Assembly: GCA_016748015.1 (NCBI GenBank)
Contig: JAAOMT010000235.1
Location: 62,001 to 126,000, forward strand
Reading direction: 5' to 3'
Source of the DNA: Geosiphon pyriformis uo1
Lineage: Eukaryota > Fungi > Glomeromycota
DNA: 64,000 nucleotides
The notes below the pieces were generated by a model. The model saw only the letters and a list, made by a program, of their open reading frames with translations. It was not told where the DNA came from and did not search any database. Every line of letters starts with the position of its first letter. Position 1 is the first letter of the stretch. The position numbers and the translations under genes were made by a program. Shown piece after piece: positions 36,691 through 51,073 of this stretch.

Positions 36691-39600
36691 TTTTTTTTGT
36701 TAACGTGTAGCCATACTGGTCTTTTATTAGTTTAGCCACACTTACAAAACATGACCTTTTCATAAAGCCAACTCACCCAATAATCTAAATTACAAGATAT
36801 GGCTAACCACTAAGTAGTTACGCCTAACTACATGCTAGTATAACCAAATTTATGGGGTATTACACTATCACACATAGTACTCCTACCACAAAAAACATCA
36901 GTCAGTATACCATTACACTGTGTAGAAACATCATCTACTTTGACTATGGGTTTACCACTAACTTTATCACTATTCCTTGAAATGCTATCTACACTGAAGC
37001 CACCAGTTGGATTTCTCTTGACCCTATTATCAATACCCATTGTTTTTTTCCATTCAGTTTGCAGTTTGCAACATTCTCCCCACAATCTATTCCTTGCTTA
37101 AGTAACTGCCCATTTACACACCTTAATCAATACTTTATTGCTAGTCCTTAGGTCGATGTCAGAAAAGGTATTGATCCTTCCAAATTGCTTATTGACCAGT
37201 CCTTTACATAGTAGATCTACATTAGACATTGACATAATGTATTCCTTAGACAGTACAATCTTCTCATCAGTATTTTGGGCTTTGCATCCCCCTCTCACAG
37301 CCTTTGAAAGGCACTGTATCCACTTATTTTTTACATCATCAATCAGTGTCTTGCCCTTTTGGGTATTCAAAGAGCATTCCCAAAAGTGCCACTTCCCTGT
37401 GACATGTCTTGCAAAGATTATTCAAGTATACATGGGAACGTCTGTTGTATAGCACCTCTGCTGTTGGCAGCATGTTGTGAAATGATTTCATAATAAATGT
37501 GCACATTGCTGAGGAATTAGCTGAGGTGAAGCCTGATGACATTTTATCATCCCAGTTCCAAATCTTGGTTGTACATATTCAGTCTATATCTTGGTCTAAA
37601 GATCTTATCGTTTCTTGTACTTTGTTGTTGCCTATCCAGTCTAAAGCTGATTGAAGACTAGCTTGTTTATTCAGAAAATGCCTGATGTTTAGATCCAATT
37701 CAACTCCTCTACAAACGAGAATGTATGCAGTCTTCTTAGCATTGTAGGCCCACCTCATTGTATCAAGAGCAGTAGATTCTTTGGCTAGTTTGTCAGCCTT
37801 CTCATTTTTGAATATACCAGCATGTGCAGCCACTTTGTTCATGCTGAGGTCAATCTTTTTTTCCCTTATTATCACTCTGATTGCATTCCATGTGCACCAG
37901 TTTGAGGTTTTGAGCTGATTTCTAATAGACAGAGGAGAATCTTTGGACAACCATCTTTGAGCCATTGCCATCACCGCTTGACTATCCATGTTTATTGTTA
38001 GTTTACATCTGTAAGGCACTACTTCCAAAGCTAGCAATACAGCCTTTGCCTCTGCTTTTGTTGATGACAATGTTCCATCAATTGCTATACCAAATTCAGT
38101 CTCTATCCCATGTGTTATGAAGGCAGCTGCTCCTTTTACATCCTCAAAACCAGTCTTTACCAGTGAGCCATCTGTTGACATTTCTATCTCTTTCCTAAGT
38201 TTTAACTTCTCTCGTACACTCTTCCATTGTGATAGTAAAGTGTCAGGGATATGGATGTAAATAGTGTCTCTTTGCATCGTCTCTAAATCATCTGGTATTT
38301 GGTTAGTCAGTATGTGCATACCCAATGTCTTACATTGTGCTACATCAATGTTTCTGTACTCATCCATAATGATTGTAGATTCTAAAATCTTAAACCATCT
38401 GGGAATTCTACCACTATCGTTTTGTCTGTACTTCCTTGTGAAGTCCATCCATGTCATCAACGACTCATCATTGTTCTGTATCTGATGCAAGTACAACAAG
38501 TTTTTCTTTCTTAGTAAGCTTCTAATTTTAATGTAGGTTTCATTTGAAGGTAAGATAAATTCAATTAAATACGCCTGTGGTCTTGAAGATTCAGGTATCC
38601 CATGTGTGTTACCATTGCTCTTAAATGAGATTTCTCTTTTTTCTATCATCTGTATAATGTTTGTTATAAGATTAACCCCTGGCTTGGATTGTTCATTGGT
38701 GAGATATTCAATTATACTATGAGCTGACTATCTCTGTGCCTGCAAGTTGGCTAGTCTGATTTTTGTAGCCAATTCAGCAATATCAGCACTGTTCAATCTA
38801 ACTAACAAATCTGTGATCTTGCTTTTTGCTTGTATATCATCAATTTTGAACAGGTTATACAAGGATGAGTGATGCATGGCACTGGCTGGAAAGTCTACTG
38901 AGAGTTTTGCTTTTTTTTTCACAGTGGCTGAAATCTTTGAATTCCATTTTTTAGCCCAGCTATTAGGAATATGAGTCAACTGAGATCTGAATTCAATAGC
39001 TGGACTGAGTACACTGTTAAAAATGTAAATGGCCTGTTTTTCAGTTATGTGTTTTTTCCTAATGACTGCACACACTGCTTCAATGTCAGATCCTATCATT
39101 TTTAGAACAGTCTCATTTTTACCATCTGCTCTAATCCATACTCCCAAATATTGGGTACATGTAGATGGATCCAACAATTTCAAGATTTGTTTGTCTGGAC
39201 CAAATTTTAGTGGCTTCACCATCAAAGATCTCTCTTTGGAGGGTCTGACCACTATTGTCTCAGTCTTTCCTAAGTTGATCTCAATATCTACCATTCTAAA
39301 AAAGGAGCTGGCTGTGTTCAAAATACTTTGCATTCCTTGTCTTGAGTTAGCTATCCACACTGTGTCATTGACAAAGGCAAGGTGATTCACTGACACCAAC
39401 AGAGATTGTGTATCTGCTTGATTATCTCACTTTTTCTATGCTGCTGTCAGTTTGTATCCCTGACTATAATTGGCTTGTTTTACTTCACACAGTAAGAGGT
39501 CATAGAAAATTCTCCACATGATGGATGAGCTTGTTTCCCCCTGATCCAGTCCATCCTGTACTTGATATTCATCACTCAGTTATTATCCTGTTGCTTCTAT

Positions 39601-41701
39601 TGTTGTGCATCAAGCCAAACAGCTCAGTAAACTTATTGTTCATCTTAATCCTCTTTAGTGCGGCTTCCATGGGTTTCCATCCCACTGAATCATATGCCTT
39701 TTTCATGTCCTGAAATGTAAACCAAGCCTCCTTATCAAATTCTCTTGTATGTTCAGCTACAGCATTAATCACATGAATAGGCACTGCTGTGGAAGTATTC
39801 TTTAATACTGAGGTGTTGTAACCTTTTAGGACATTGTGAAGTTCACACGCTTTTGATATTCTCACAGTTAGAATCTTTGTTAAGATTTTTCTGGTGCTTT
39901 CAATAAGTGTGATCAGCCTGGTGATGTCAATATTGCCACCCCATTCTTTTGGCTTTGGAATCAGTATGACTTGTGCTACTCTCCACTTCTCAGGCATGTT
40001 TGCTGCTTTAATGCAAGTGTTGAGCAATGTTTTCAGTTTAGACTTGGTATTAGACCCAGCCTTCCTCCAGAGTTCAGCTTGAATGCCTGATAGACCAGGG
40101 GCTTTGTTATGGGGTATGTGGCTCAATATGTGTTCAAATTCTTCATTTGTTAATTCATCCATTACACCATTAAAGGCATGGTCTGGAATGCTTTCGATCG
40201 GTTCAAATCTGTGTTCCCAACTTTTCCATAGGTCAGGCTCAATGCTTCTTGTTCTGGTCCATCCTTGGGCTTTTTTGTTTACTAGCTTTTTAATTTCATC
40301 AGGATCATCATGAAATTCACCTTTTTCAATTACATGGTCTAATACAATTCTTTGTCTTTTTCTGTTCATGATGCTTTTGATCATAGCTCCTTTGTTTAGA
40401 TCAAAGTTTTGTTGTCTTCTAATGATATTGTCCACTATCTGTCTCTGCTGTTGTAGCCTGATCCTAGCTCGCAGAGTTGATTTGTATTCTTTCTTAATAT
40501 TGAGTAGTTCCACAATTAGCTTATCTCTTGAGAGAGTCATCAGATATGCATTAACTGCCTCAGGTTTTAGCTGTTTCCATTTGGCCAACAACTGCATAAC
40601 ATTGTTATCGTGCATATCTGCATTGTTTACTCTTATTTGTTTGATTATATCAGCAACAATCTTAACAAGCTTGTGATCTATGCATTCTTTCTTTGTGTGT
40701 GCAGATCGGGCTCCCACTTTCCTTTTCGGTAGGCACTCAGCAGCTTGTAATACAGTCTCCTTGATTGTAAGCCACATCTGGTTTAGATCATCCTTGCTGT
40801 TATCTATCGATTTTCTTTGTGCTTTATCTGTTAGTTGATCAGATTCTCTAGCATAAATTTCTCATTGGACTCCAGATGCCTTTTTAACATCAATCATAGT
40901 TGTGCTACACTTTTTTCTTCCAGATTTAGATTTTTTAGTGCCTGCCAATATTCTGTCAGATCAGATGATTGTCACCACAGCTTTGTGATCAGTGCTAAAG
41001 GATTCATTAACATCAATCACCCCAATGTTTGTGACCAGTGAGGCTGTAACTGCATCAGTAAATACATAGTTCAATCTTCTTTGTACCCCATTTGATGCCT
41101 ATGTCTTTTCTGGATTGTTTGTTGCATATGCCCCATGTGTATCCACTAAATTCATATATTGTAATGTTGCAATAGTTGGCCTTATTTGTAGCATATGTTT
41201 CCTCAAATGACTTGGATGACAGATCTTCATTCAAATCACCTGCTACTATGATAATCTCTTTGTTCTGTACAATGTCTCCCAAAAGTTTCTTAATTTCTTT
41301 AGCTACTGCTCTCTCAGTAGGTGATTTGGAAGCAGGCATGTACAGTCCTACTATGTGCACATTTATTCTTCCTCTAAATTTCAACCCCAAATGCAACAAT
41401 CTCTCATGAAACCTCCTGATTGTTTCTATATGGTGTACCCAACATTTTTTGACCAGTATACCAACACCAGTTCCCATTTGTTTCTCTGTACTTGATTCCC
41501 AAAAGGCATGATATTCATCAGAACCAAAAAATACACACTTTTTTTTTGTTGGAGTCATTTTAGTTTCCATAACAATCACAAAATCAAATTGTTCCTCAAT
41601 AACCCATTATAGCACCTCTTCAGCTTTACCAGAATTATTAAGTCCCTAACATTAACAGTACCAATTTTCCAAGTGTTGTTATTGGAGTAGTTCTGTTCTA
41701 T
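36691..41701 (-). mobile_element. LINE-d: 5'-truncated LINE with nearly complete ORF2 (APE-RT-RNase H-CCHC), 3' UTR and poly(A)
   Basis: TSD GTGCCTGAAT(T/C)CT at 36678-36690 and 41702-41714; EMSTDGS, KVAAHAG, LCKTC motifs; ends ..GYTSM*. Confidence 0.93.
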
Positions 41702-42392
41702 GTGCCTGAATCCTCAAGACCACATGCACATTTAATTGAGACAGTCATAGCTCCAGGTGTAGCCTACACTAAAGTTAGAGGTTTACTAAGGAAAGAAAAC
41801 ATTTTGTATTTACATCAGGTTTAAAACAAGGATAGATTGTTAATAAAATGGATGGACTTCACAAGGAAGTACAGACAAAATGACAGTGGTAGAATTCCCA
41901 AATGGTTTAAGATTTTAGAGTCTACAATCATTATAGATGAACACAGGAACATTAATGTAACCCAATGTGAAGCAGTGGGGATACACAAAATAGATAACCA
42001 AATACCAGATAACCTAAATACAATACAAAAGAACTCTATTTACATCCAAATTCTTGATGCTCTATTACCACAATGGAGAGATGTGCAAGATAAGTTGAGG
42101 CTCAGAAAAGAAATAGAAATATCAACAGATGGATCACTGGTAAAAGCTGGTTTTGAGAATGCTAGAGGAGCAGCCACTTTTGTGACTCATGAAATAGAGG
42201 CCAACTTTGGTATAGCAGTTAATGGAACTTTATTATCAACAAAGACTGAAGCAAAAGCTGTATTATTGGCTTTAGAAGCAGTGCCTTATAAATGCAAACT
42301 GACATTGAACACAGATAGTTAGGCAGTAGTGTCAACAGCTCAAAAATGGTTGTCCAAAAATTCTCCCTTGTCTATTAGGAATCAGCTCAAAA
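41702..42392 (+). pseudogene. LINE-c ORF2 middle part (N-half of RNase H)
   Basis: EISTDGS...STKTEAKAVLLAL...NTDS. Confidence 0.88.
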
Positions 42393-44422
42393 AAAAAAAA
42401 AGATCATTGAATACTCTTTCTCTCCTAAATTTCATGACCACAAATAGAGCTAAGAGTAAAAAAGTTGCAAATGTTACTTTTCCTATAGTGACTAATAAAG
42501 TTTCAACACGAAAGGGTCTCTCTGTTATTGAAGCAGCTAGACAAAATGTTCTGGCAACATTTCCTTTAAAAAATAATAGTAATAAGCTGCCTTTAGTGGC
42601 TTCTGGTTCATTTTCTTCACCTTTGGCTGGTAGTTCTTCTTCAGTCAAAGTTCCTTCAAAAAAGCCCAAAGATTTTTAATAACAGACCAGTCAACAAGTT
42701 GGTCTTTCCTGCTCTCACCACTCCCACTATTACTTCTACTATTACTGCTTCACAAATGGCCGTGAAAGCCAAAAATTCCAAAAAACAGTAGCAGGCAGTC
42801 ACAACTGCTATGGTCATACTGAACTCCTTTGTGGTTCCAAATGAGATCTTCAGTAAGATCTTCACAGCAGCAGCCAGTCCACTTCCTGATATGGATGGCA
42901 ACAGCAGTGGCCCATCTCCCAAGATGGGCCAAGATCAACCACTGGCTGTGTTGCCTGATGTGGTAATCTCTGGCAGATCATTGCCAATCCCAGTAGCAAA
43001 ACAGTCTATCAATCCAGATGATCTCAAAAATTGGGCTGATCAGATGGAAATGGAATTAACTGTCTCTCCCCCAGTTTCTGGTGCTGCTGATGGTGGTGCT
43101 TAGAAAAATGTGAATGGTTGTCAGAGGTTCTCTGGTTGGGTGGCCTCCAATCTAGTACCTGGAGCTACATTCAAGATCAAAATGGCCCTGCTTGGTTTCT
43201 TGTTCCAGTTACTGCCTGGTTGTATTGGGCTTAAATCAGTTTCACAAGATGCTGTTAAGTTGTTCTGTGTGGAATTTGCATCTCAGGAGTGTTTAAATGG
43301 TGCCACCAAAATGGCCATCAGTAATGAGGTGTTTTTGACCACTCTTAAGATTGTATGGTTTTCTGATGTGGCCTCTGTTTCTTTCCCTTCCTTGTCAGTT
43401 GCACTGCACGATGTACTTTTGGGTACCTCTTCTGATGACATCAAAACTGCTTTTGGCATTTTTGGTGTTGTCACTTCTGTTAAGTTGAAGCCTGCTGGCT
43501 TATGGCAATATGCTGTGGTTAATTTTAAGGACATTTCTTCTGCTACTGCTGCTCTCTTTAACTGGTTTGTATTGGTCAGAAAAGATAGTGTTAGGATTCT
43601 TTCTGTTGCCAACCAAAAGGAGGTTATTTCCTCAAGAGATGCATTCAAAGCTAAGTTGGTCAATCTTCCATTTGGCTGTACTGCCTTTGAGATAAGTGAT
43701 TTGGTCTTCCAAGTTGGTGGCCGTACATGTTTCATTCTTCACTCCCCTGAATCTTATTGATGTCAACACTTTGCTGTGGTTACATTTGATTCTTTGGAAT
43801 CTCTAAATGTTGCTGTGTCAAAAACTGGTACCTTGCATGGTTGTCGCATCTGGTGGGAAACTTCACTGCTACAGGTGTCAAGACTTGAATCATTTGGCTG
43901 TGAACTGCAAGAAGTTGCCTCCTCTCCCATCTAAACTCCCTTCCAACACCTTTGGTGGCCCCAAAAATTTCAAATCTTCATTTGTTGGATCTAAATCTTA
44001 TGCCAAGACTGCTGCTTTTGTGGTTCCTCCTGGTGCTGCTGCTGCTGATATGGAGTTGGATCTTGGTGATTCTCCCAAAACTACAACACCTGTGTTGCCT
44101 GCTGTCTCTTATGTTCCCAATACTGCTGTTGAATCTAGGTTAATGAACTATCTGTGTTGATTAAATCCTTGGTTGAACCTGTTGGTGCTCTGGTTGCTAT
44201 AGATGTGTCAGTTAAGGAATGTATAGATGGGTTGGCTAAGCAAAATAAAGGCTTGGCTGCTGTTGCCATCATGATGCAGAAAAGATTAACACGTCTTGAG
44301 ACAATAAGTGAATGGATTTGCTTGGAGAATGGATCAGATGTTGATGACATGGTTGATGATGTTGATCATGATGATGATGAAGATAGAGATTTTTCAGTTT
44401 ATGATAACACTTTTGATGTCAT

Positions 44423-45111
44423 TGTTACAGTTGAAACCCATAATTTTATTAGTTATCACATGTATTAGTCACTAATGTCATAATTAGCCATTCTATTTTT
44501 AGATAGTGATCATTGACCTGATCAATAACCTGACCATTGACTTGATTATTGACCTGATCATTGACCTAGTCATTGACCTGGTCATTGACTACTTTCAATA
44601 GCTATATAAGTGATAAGTCTCTTAGCTGTAGAAAATCATCTTTCAGACAAGAATCAAATAAATAAAAATAACAACTTTCATCTCAATCACTCTTTTATTA
44701 CTAATTTCCCTTTCCCTACCTTTAAGTATCCGAACATCTTAGGATAAAAGATTACTTGTTGGCCTTTTCCTGTTTGAATAATTGTAGTATTTGAAGACTA
44801 TTTGTATAAACGTGACTGAAGAGCACAAGTTGATACCTGATATTGAATTCTAAGAGTGCTGACATAAAGGCATAGAATTAATATCAGCAGTGATCAATTG
44901 TTGACAGTATGGACTATTCCTCTACCTTCAGATTCCCTTGTTACCTTTTGAAAAGAATAGTGACTGAGATATTTTATGAGACTGATCTCATACATTGAAT
45001 CCATACTCATTCAATTTGTTCATTGAAGTTGAATCCCCTTTGATTATTTCCATCACTCTACAATCCTGTTCTCCCTTGCTATCCATTAGCTTGTTACTCC
45101 AACCCATAACA
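44423..45111 (+). repeat. 5' LTR of A2
   Basis: TG...CA termini; 12-bp array at ~44508-44590; TATA-like CTATATAAG near 44602; AATAAA near 44660. Confidence 0.93.
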
Positions 45112-45117
45112 TAAAAG

Positions 45118-45134
45118 TGGTGCTCTCTGTGAGG
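45118..45134 (+). promoter_or_regulatory. PBS of A2 (elongator tRNA-Met-like)
   Basis: TGGTGCTCTCTGTGAGG after a TAAAAG spacer. Confidence 0.82.
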
Positions 45135-45163
45135 TTGTCAAAATTCACTTATTTTCTCATTGT

Positions 45164-46708
45164 ATGGGTGATTACTCATATCTGCCACAGCAATCAGAAG
45201 AACACTATGCAGTACACAACAGAAACAACCTAGATTTCATTGAACTTAATTCTCTGCCCTCCTCCTTGATCTGCTTTCCCATTGAAGAACAATCCAGCAG
45301 ACAATTCCAAGACTTTTGGAACTGGTTCCTGAATATGCATTCAGCTAAAACCTACACAACTTATACAATCTATTACTTTGATCAAGCTTATTTTGAAGAT
45401 AACTTTAAAGAAAGAAACAACAGTATCAATCAGCTCTTATATTCTACAACCTTTGAACAACAGCCCCCTGATTTCGAATATCTGAATCATCAAATCCACA
45501 TTTGGATTGTTGCCCATCAATCAACAGTAACTCCCCTTGAAACAGAAGAAGAAAGCTACCAAACAGTCCCTATTTTTGATCTCTTCTTAAGTGAATCAGA
45601 GCACTCCACACAAACAGTAACTCCTGAACCAATGGCCCAAGATCCAATGCAAGTAAACATCCTGGCTGCCCTCCAAGGCATACAAACTGCTTTGGGACAA
45701 AGAAACAACACCCCACTACTCCTATTCAGAGGTGATGCCCAAGATCTAATTGAATGGTTGGACAATTTTGAAAGAGCAGCCACTGCAAACCAGTATGATG
45801 ATGAATATAAGTTCCAAATCGTTGGTGGCTACCTCCAAGGCTCCCCTGCTACCTGGTTTTCACAAGAAACCAATGCTGGTGCTCAACAAAGAATTGTTAA
45901 ATGGACCCCAGCAAATATTGGAGAAAACAACACCTCTTTCACTACCCGGTTTGAAAACAAATTTAGAACCCCCATCTTAATATCCAAATGGTGCATGGAA
46001 TTAGAAAGAAGAACCCAAGGTCCTGGTGAAATTGTGACCAAATATGCCAAAGCAATTAGAAAACTCATCAAGCGTGTAGACTCTGGTAGAAACTGGACTA
46101 AAGAGCAAAAGATCCACTCCTTCACAAAAGGATTGAGAACTGATTTATCATATGCTTTTTGGCCTCTCTTGGCTTTAAAAGATAATCCCACCATGGATAT
46201 GGCCATTGAACTCGCCCAAAGAATTGAAGACAATCAAAGAATGCATTTGAGATCCACACTTCTAGTTTTTGCTCCTGCTCCTGTTATGGCTCCTACTCCT
46301 CAAATAGCCACTACTTCTTTTGCTGCCCAGACACAAGATCCAAATGAACAATTAATAGATAGACTTACAGCAAATCTTGCTTGGCTATTAGAACCATTAG
46401 CCCAAGCAGTCAGAGATAACTAGCAACCACAAAGACCCAGATTTGAAAACCGTTTTAATTAGCCCCAGCAACCCCCTTACCAAAGACAGCAAAATCGTGG
46501 CCCTCCTGTGTGTTATAGATGTGGATTAACTGGACATTTTTCCAGAGATTGCAACAATCCTCCACTGCCTCCTCCAGCTCCCAGAAACAATGACAACCAA
46601 AACAACAGACCCAACAACAACAACAATGTTCCCAATCATGCCAACATCAATTTCTTTGGAGAGGATCCCCTAGTTGAAGCCACTGTTTATCAGCCTTTAA
46701 ACTGGTAG
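45164..46708 (+). pseudogene. gag of A2
   Basis: 419-aa open part followed by the CYRCGLTGHFSRDC knuckle; ends ..QPLNW*. Confidence 0.9.
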
Positions 46709-46733
46709 GCACACCTCCAAAGGGTGAGAGTGC
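46696..46733 (+). promoter_or_regulatory. -1 ribosomal frameshift signal (T TTA AAC plus downstream hairpin)
   Basis: The heptamer is phased X XXY YYZ in the gag frame and the -1 frame runs into pol. Conserved at 5392-5398 and 55788-55794. Confidence 0.82.
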
Positions 46734-49365
46734 AAGCCAACCAGAAGAAAACCTCTTTTATGCTTTTAACTTAACTGATGATGACCATGACATGGATGAA
46801 CTAGTAATCAACACCTCAGAACCAACCAGAAAGAAGAAAAAAGCCAAGGTTGATTTTGTTCTAGACCCCAACAAAGCCTCAACTTCTGCCACTGATAACA
46901 ATGAGCCACCAAAGGCTAAAGTTTTTAAGAATCCTTCAAAGTTGGAACCCCCAGAAATTGTACAAAAATCTGGACCCTATTCCTTTGTTAAAGATCTCAT
47001 GGAAACCCCAGCACATATTACCTTTGGCCAGTTAATGACCCACCTACAGTTCAGAAAGGATCTTCACAAATCCTTGATTCCAAAGAAAAAGACACCAAAA
47101 ACCAACAAGTGTCCTCACCAAGCTGTACTTGCTGACAACAGCAATGTCACCCCTCTGATTTGTAAAGCCCAAGTGGCTGGATACTTCATTGACTTAATTC
47201 TGGACAGTGGATCATCTGTTAGTGTCATTGCCAAACACTTCTTGGAAGCAATTGGTAGAAAGATTGATGAACCTTTCACCAGACCAATGACCAATGTACA
47301 TGGTGACAAAAAGAAAGGACTGGGTATTGCCAAAGCTGTTCCTGTCTGCATCAATGGAATCAGCATTGAAACTGACATGGAAGTTTCTGAAGCCAAAGAA
47401 TACACCATCATTGTTGGCAATAAATGGCTCAAGAAAGCAAAAGCTTTGCTTGATTATGAACTTTGTGAATTAACCATCAGATGTGGTGAGAAACCCATTG
47501 TGGTTAAGTGTCACCATTGGAGAACTCCCCCAGTACCCAAACAAAACCAAAAAGAAGAACAATCAGATGAATCAGATGATGAAGAGAGCGATAAAGAAGA
47601 AGAACAAGAAGAGCAAGAAGAAACTACTGAACTCGCTTATACCACCTTCACCAGCAATGGCAAACCACTGGACAATGTTAAAGCAGACAAAGAAAGAATC
47701 ATTGTAAATGGCAAGCTAATCTGCTGGCCTTATTATGATATTCTTAGAAGAACCTTTGAAAGAAAACCTGGCAAGAAAGCCAAATACAGTTTTTGGTGAC
47801 ATGGTCCTTGTGCCCAGTGTTGGTGCAACAAACTCTTGTATTCTCCAAGTGATGAATGTAAATCATGCCTGATCTATTACAGAGATTGGAAACCAATCAG
47901 TTTGATACCCAGAGAAGAATTGAAAGAAGTACAGAATTCCTTTGAGAATGAACCACCTGAGATTCAATCACTGGTTGTAGAACAAAAAGAACCCTCCCCA
48001 GAAGAAAGAAAAATAAACATTGAAAATTTGCTGGCTAAAAATAGCCAAAAAAGGTGATACCCCTGGACATACTCATGTAATACAACACACCATCACCACC
48101 AGAGAAACTTGACCCATCTATTTGAAGCCTTATCAATCCAATCAGCACAATGATGAGTTAATCAAGAAAGAGATAAACTGGATGAAAGAACTTGGATTCA
48201 TACAAGAAACCAAGAGTGAATGGGCTTTCCCAGTTGTAGTAGTATCCAAGAAAGATGGAATACTATGCTTCTGTGTTGACTACTGCCAATTAAATGCCAT
48301 CACTGAAAGAGACATGTACCCACTTTTCAAGATTGATGCAATGTTAGACCAATTCAAAGATGCTGCTTTCTTCTCAACCATTGACTTAACTGCTGGATTC
48401 TGGCAAGTAGAGATGGATCCAGAAAGCAGAAAGAAAACTGCCTTCATCACCAAGTATGGCATCTATGAATTCACAGTCATGCCTTTTGGTCTCACCAACA
48501 CCCCTCCCATCTTTCAATGCTTAATGGATAAAGTATTTGAATCAGTCAAGGAAAACTTTGTTCTAGTCTATTTGGACGACATAATAGTATACTCAAAAAC
48601 CTGGGATGAACACCTGGAACATTTGCAAAAGGTTTTTGACCTGGCCTCAAGATCAACCCAATCAAATCTTTCTTTGAAAGACAATCCACCCAATTTCTTG
48701 GTCATCTTATCACAAAAAATGGAATTTTTCCTGACCCAGCCAAAGTTGAAAAAGTCCAAAACATCAAACAACCAATGAACATTTATGAACTACACTCTTT
48801 TCTTGGTTTGGCCTCTTATTATTGCAAATTTGTCAAGAATTTCTCCAAAATCGCCTCTTCTCTCAATCAGCTACTCAGGAAAAATGTCAATTACCATTGG
48901 AAAACACATCAGCAAAAAGCCTTTGAAACTTTAAAGGAAAAACTGGTTACAGAACTTATCCTCAAGCAACCTGATCTAGATCAACTCTTTATCCTCCATA
49001 CTGATGCATCTGGTTTTGGACTTGGTGCTGTTCTCTTCCAGAAAGATAAAGATGGCAAAAAACATGCCATAGTTTATGCCAGTAGAACCCTTTCCCTAGC
49101 AGAACAGAACTATTCAGTCACTGAACAAGAATGCTTAGCAGTAGTATGGTCCACCAGTTACTGAAGTAAGTATCTTCTTGGTGTGAAGTTTTTGGTAGTA
49201 ACAGATCACCAAGCTTTGGTTTGGCTGCACAACAAAAAGAGGCTAGAACACAAACAGATAACTCACTGGATACTCCACTTGGATGAATTTGACTATGATA
49301 TTCAACATCACAAAGAAGCTAATCATCAAAATGCTGATGCTCTTTCCAGACTTACCATCCAGTGA
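46696..49365 (+). pseudogene. pol of A2 (PR-RT-RH), ends NADALSRLTIQ*
   Basis: [34 protein letters not shown]. Confidence 0.92.
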
Positions 49366-51073
49366 CAGAACAAACCTCTCAAACCAAACCAACTTAATTA
49401 TTAATAATTCCCACTTTTTGACAAACACGATAATGAACTTGGACAACTACTCTGCCTTAATAGAATTTTTGGGTAAAGAACAATACCCACCGAAATACAC
49501 ATGACAACAAAGAGAACATTTGCGCAAACAATCAAATTTCTATTTAATTCACTAGAACCAACTTTATAAAAAAAATAGAAAAGATCCTAACCACCCCCAG
49601 AGAGTCATCAGATTTGAAGAAAGAGAAATTGTGATCTACAATATGCACACTAATCTATTAGCTGGACACTTTGGGAAAACAAAAACAATTCAGAAAACTC
49701 TAACTCACTATTATTGGCCTACCTTGGGAAAAGACATTGCTGAATACATCAAAACCTGTAATATCTGCCAAAGAAGAAGAAAACCCAATCACAAAGAAGA
49801 TATCCATCCAATCTCTGTTGGTCAACCCTTTAACAGAATTGGTATAGATGTTGTTGGATCTTTAACAATAACTCCTGATGGCAACAGATACATTATCACA
49901 GCTACTGACTATTTTACAAAGTGGGTAGAAGCAAGAGCCACCCCAGACCAAACAGCAGTTTCAATAGCCAATTTCATTTATAAAGATATCATTTGTTGCC
50001 ATGGCTGCCCCAAAGAACTTTTATCTGACAGAGGAAGAGCTTTTCTTAGTACACTTGTTAAAGAACTTTGCAGAAAAATGGGAATACATCACAAACTTTC
50101 CTCTCCTTATTACCCCTAAACAAATGGCCTAGTGGAACATTTCAATAGAACACTACGTGAAACCCTAGCCAAAACCAGCAAAGAAACAAACTTATGGGAC
50201 AAAGTACTGCCTTCAGCCTTGTTTGCTTATAGAACTGTGAATTATGACATAATAAGTTATGAACCCTTTTATCTATTCTATGGATGAATGGCAATCCTAC
50301 CAATAGAAACTGACATTGAAACAATACCCTTTGAACAAATAACAATAAGAAATTACAAAGACACTTTGCAAAGAAGACTTGGTACTATTCTTGACTCATT
50401 AGTAGAAGCACAGATAATTGTCTTTGAAAAGATAAAACAATTCCAAGAGAAGCTTAAAAAAAAGAAAACATATTGTTATGGGTTGGAGTAACAAGCTAAC
50501 AGATAGCAAGGAAGAACAGGATTGTAGGGTGATGGAATTAATCAAAAGGGGAATTCAACTTTAAAGAGTGAATTGAATGAGTATGGATTCAATGTGTGAG
50601 ATCAGTCTTATAAAATATCTCAGTTGCTATTCTTTTCAAAGGTAACTGGGGAATTTGAAGGTAGAGGGATAGTCCGTACTGTCAACAATTGATCACCACT
50701 GGTATAATTCTATGCTTCATGTCGGCACTCTTAGAATTCAATATCAGGTATCAACTTGTGCTTTTCAGTCACATTTATTCAAATAATCTTCAAATGCTAC
50801 AATTATATACATCAGGAAAAGGCCAACAAGTAATCTTTTATTCAAAAGATGTTTAGATACTTGAAGGTAGAGAAAGGGAAATTAGCAATAAGAAAATGTT
50901 TGAAATGAAAGTTTGTTATTTTATTTCTTTGATTGTCTTGATTCCTTACATTGATCATGTCTTTCTACAGCTAAGGAAATCATCACTTATATAGTTATCT
51001 AAAGTGGTCAACGATCACTATCTAAAAATAGGGTGGCTAATTATATAACATCAGTGGCTAATACATGTGATAA

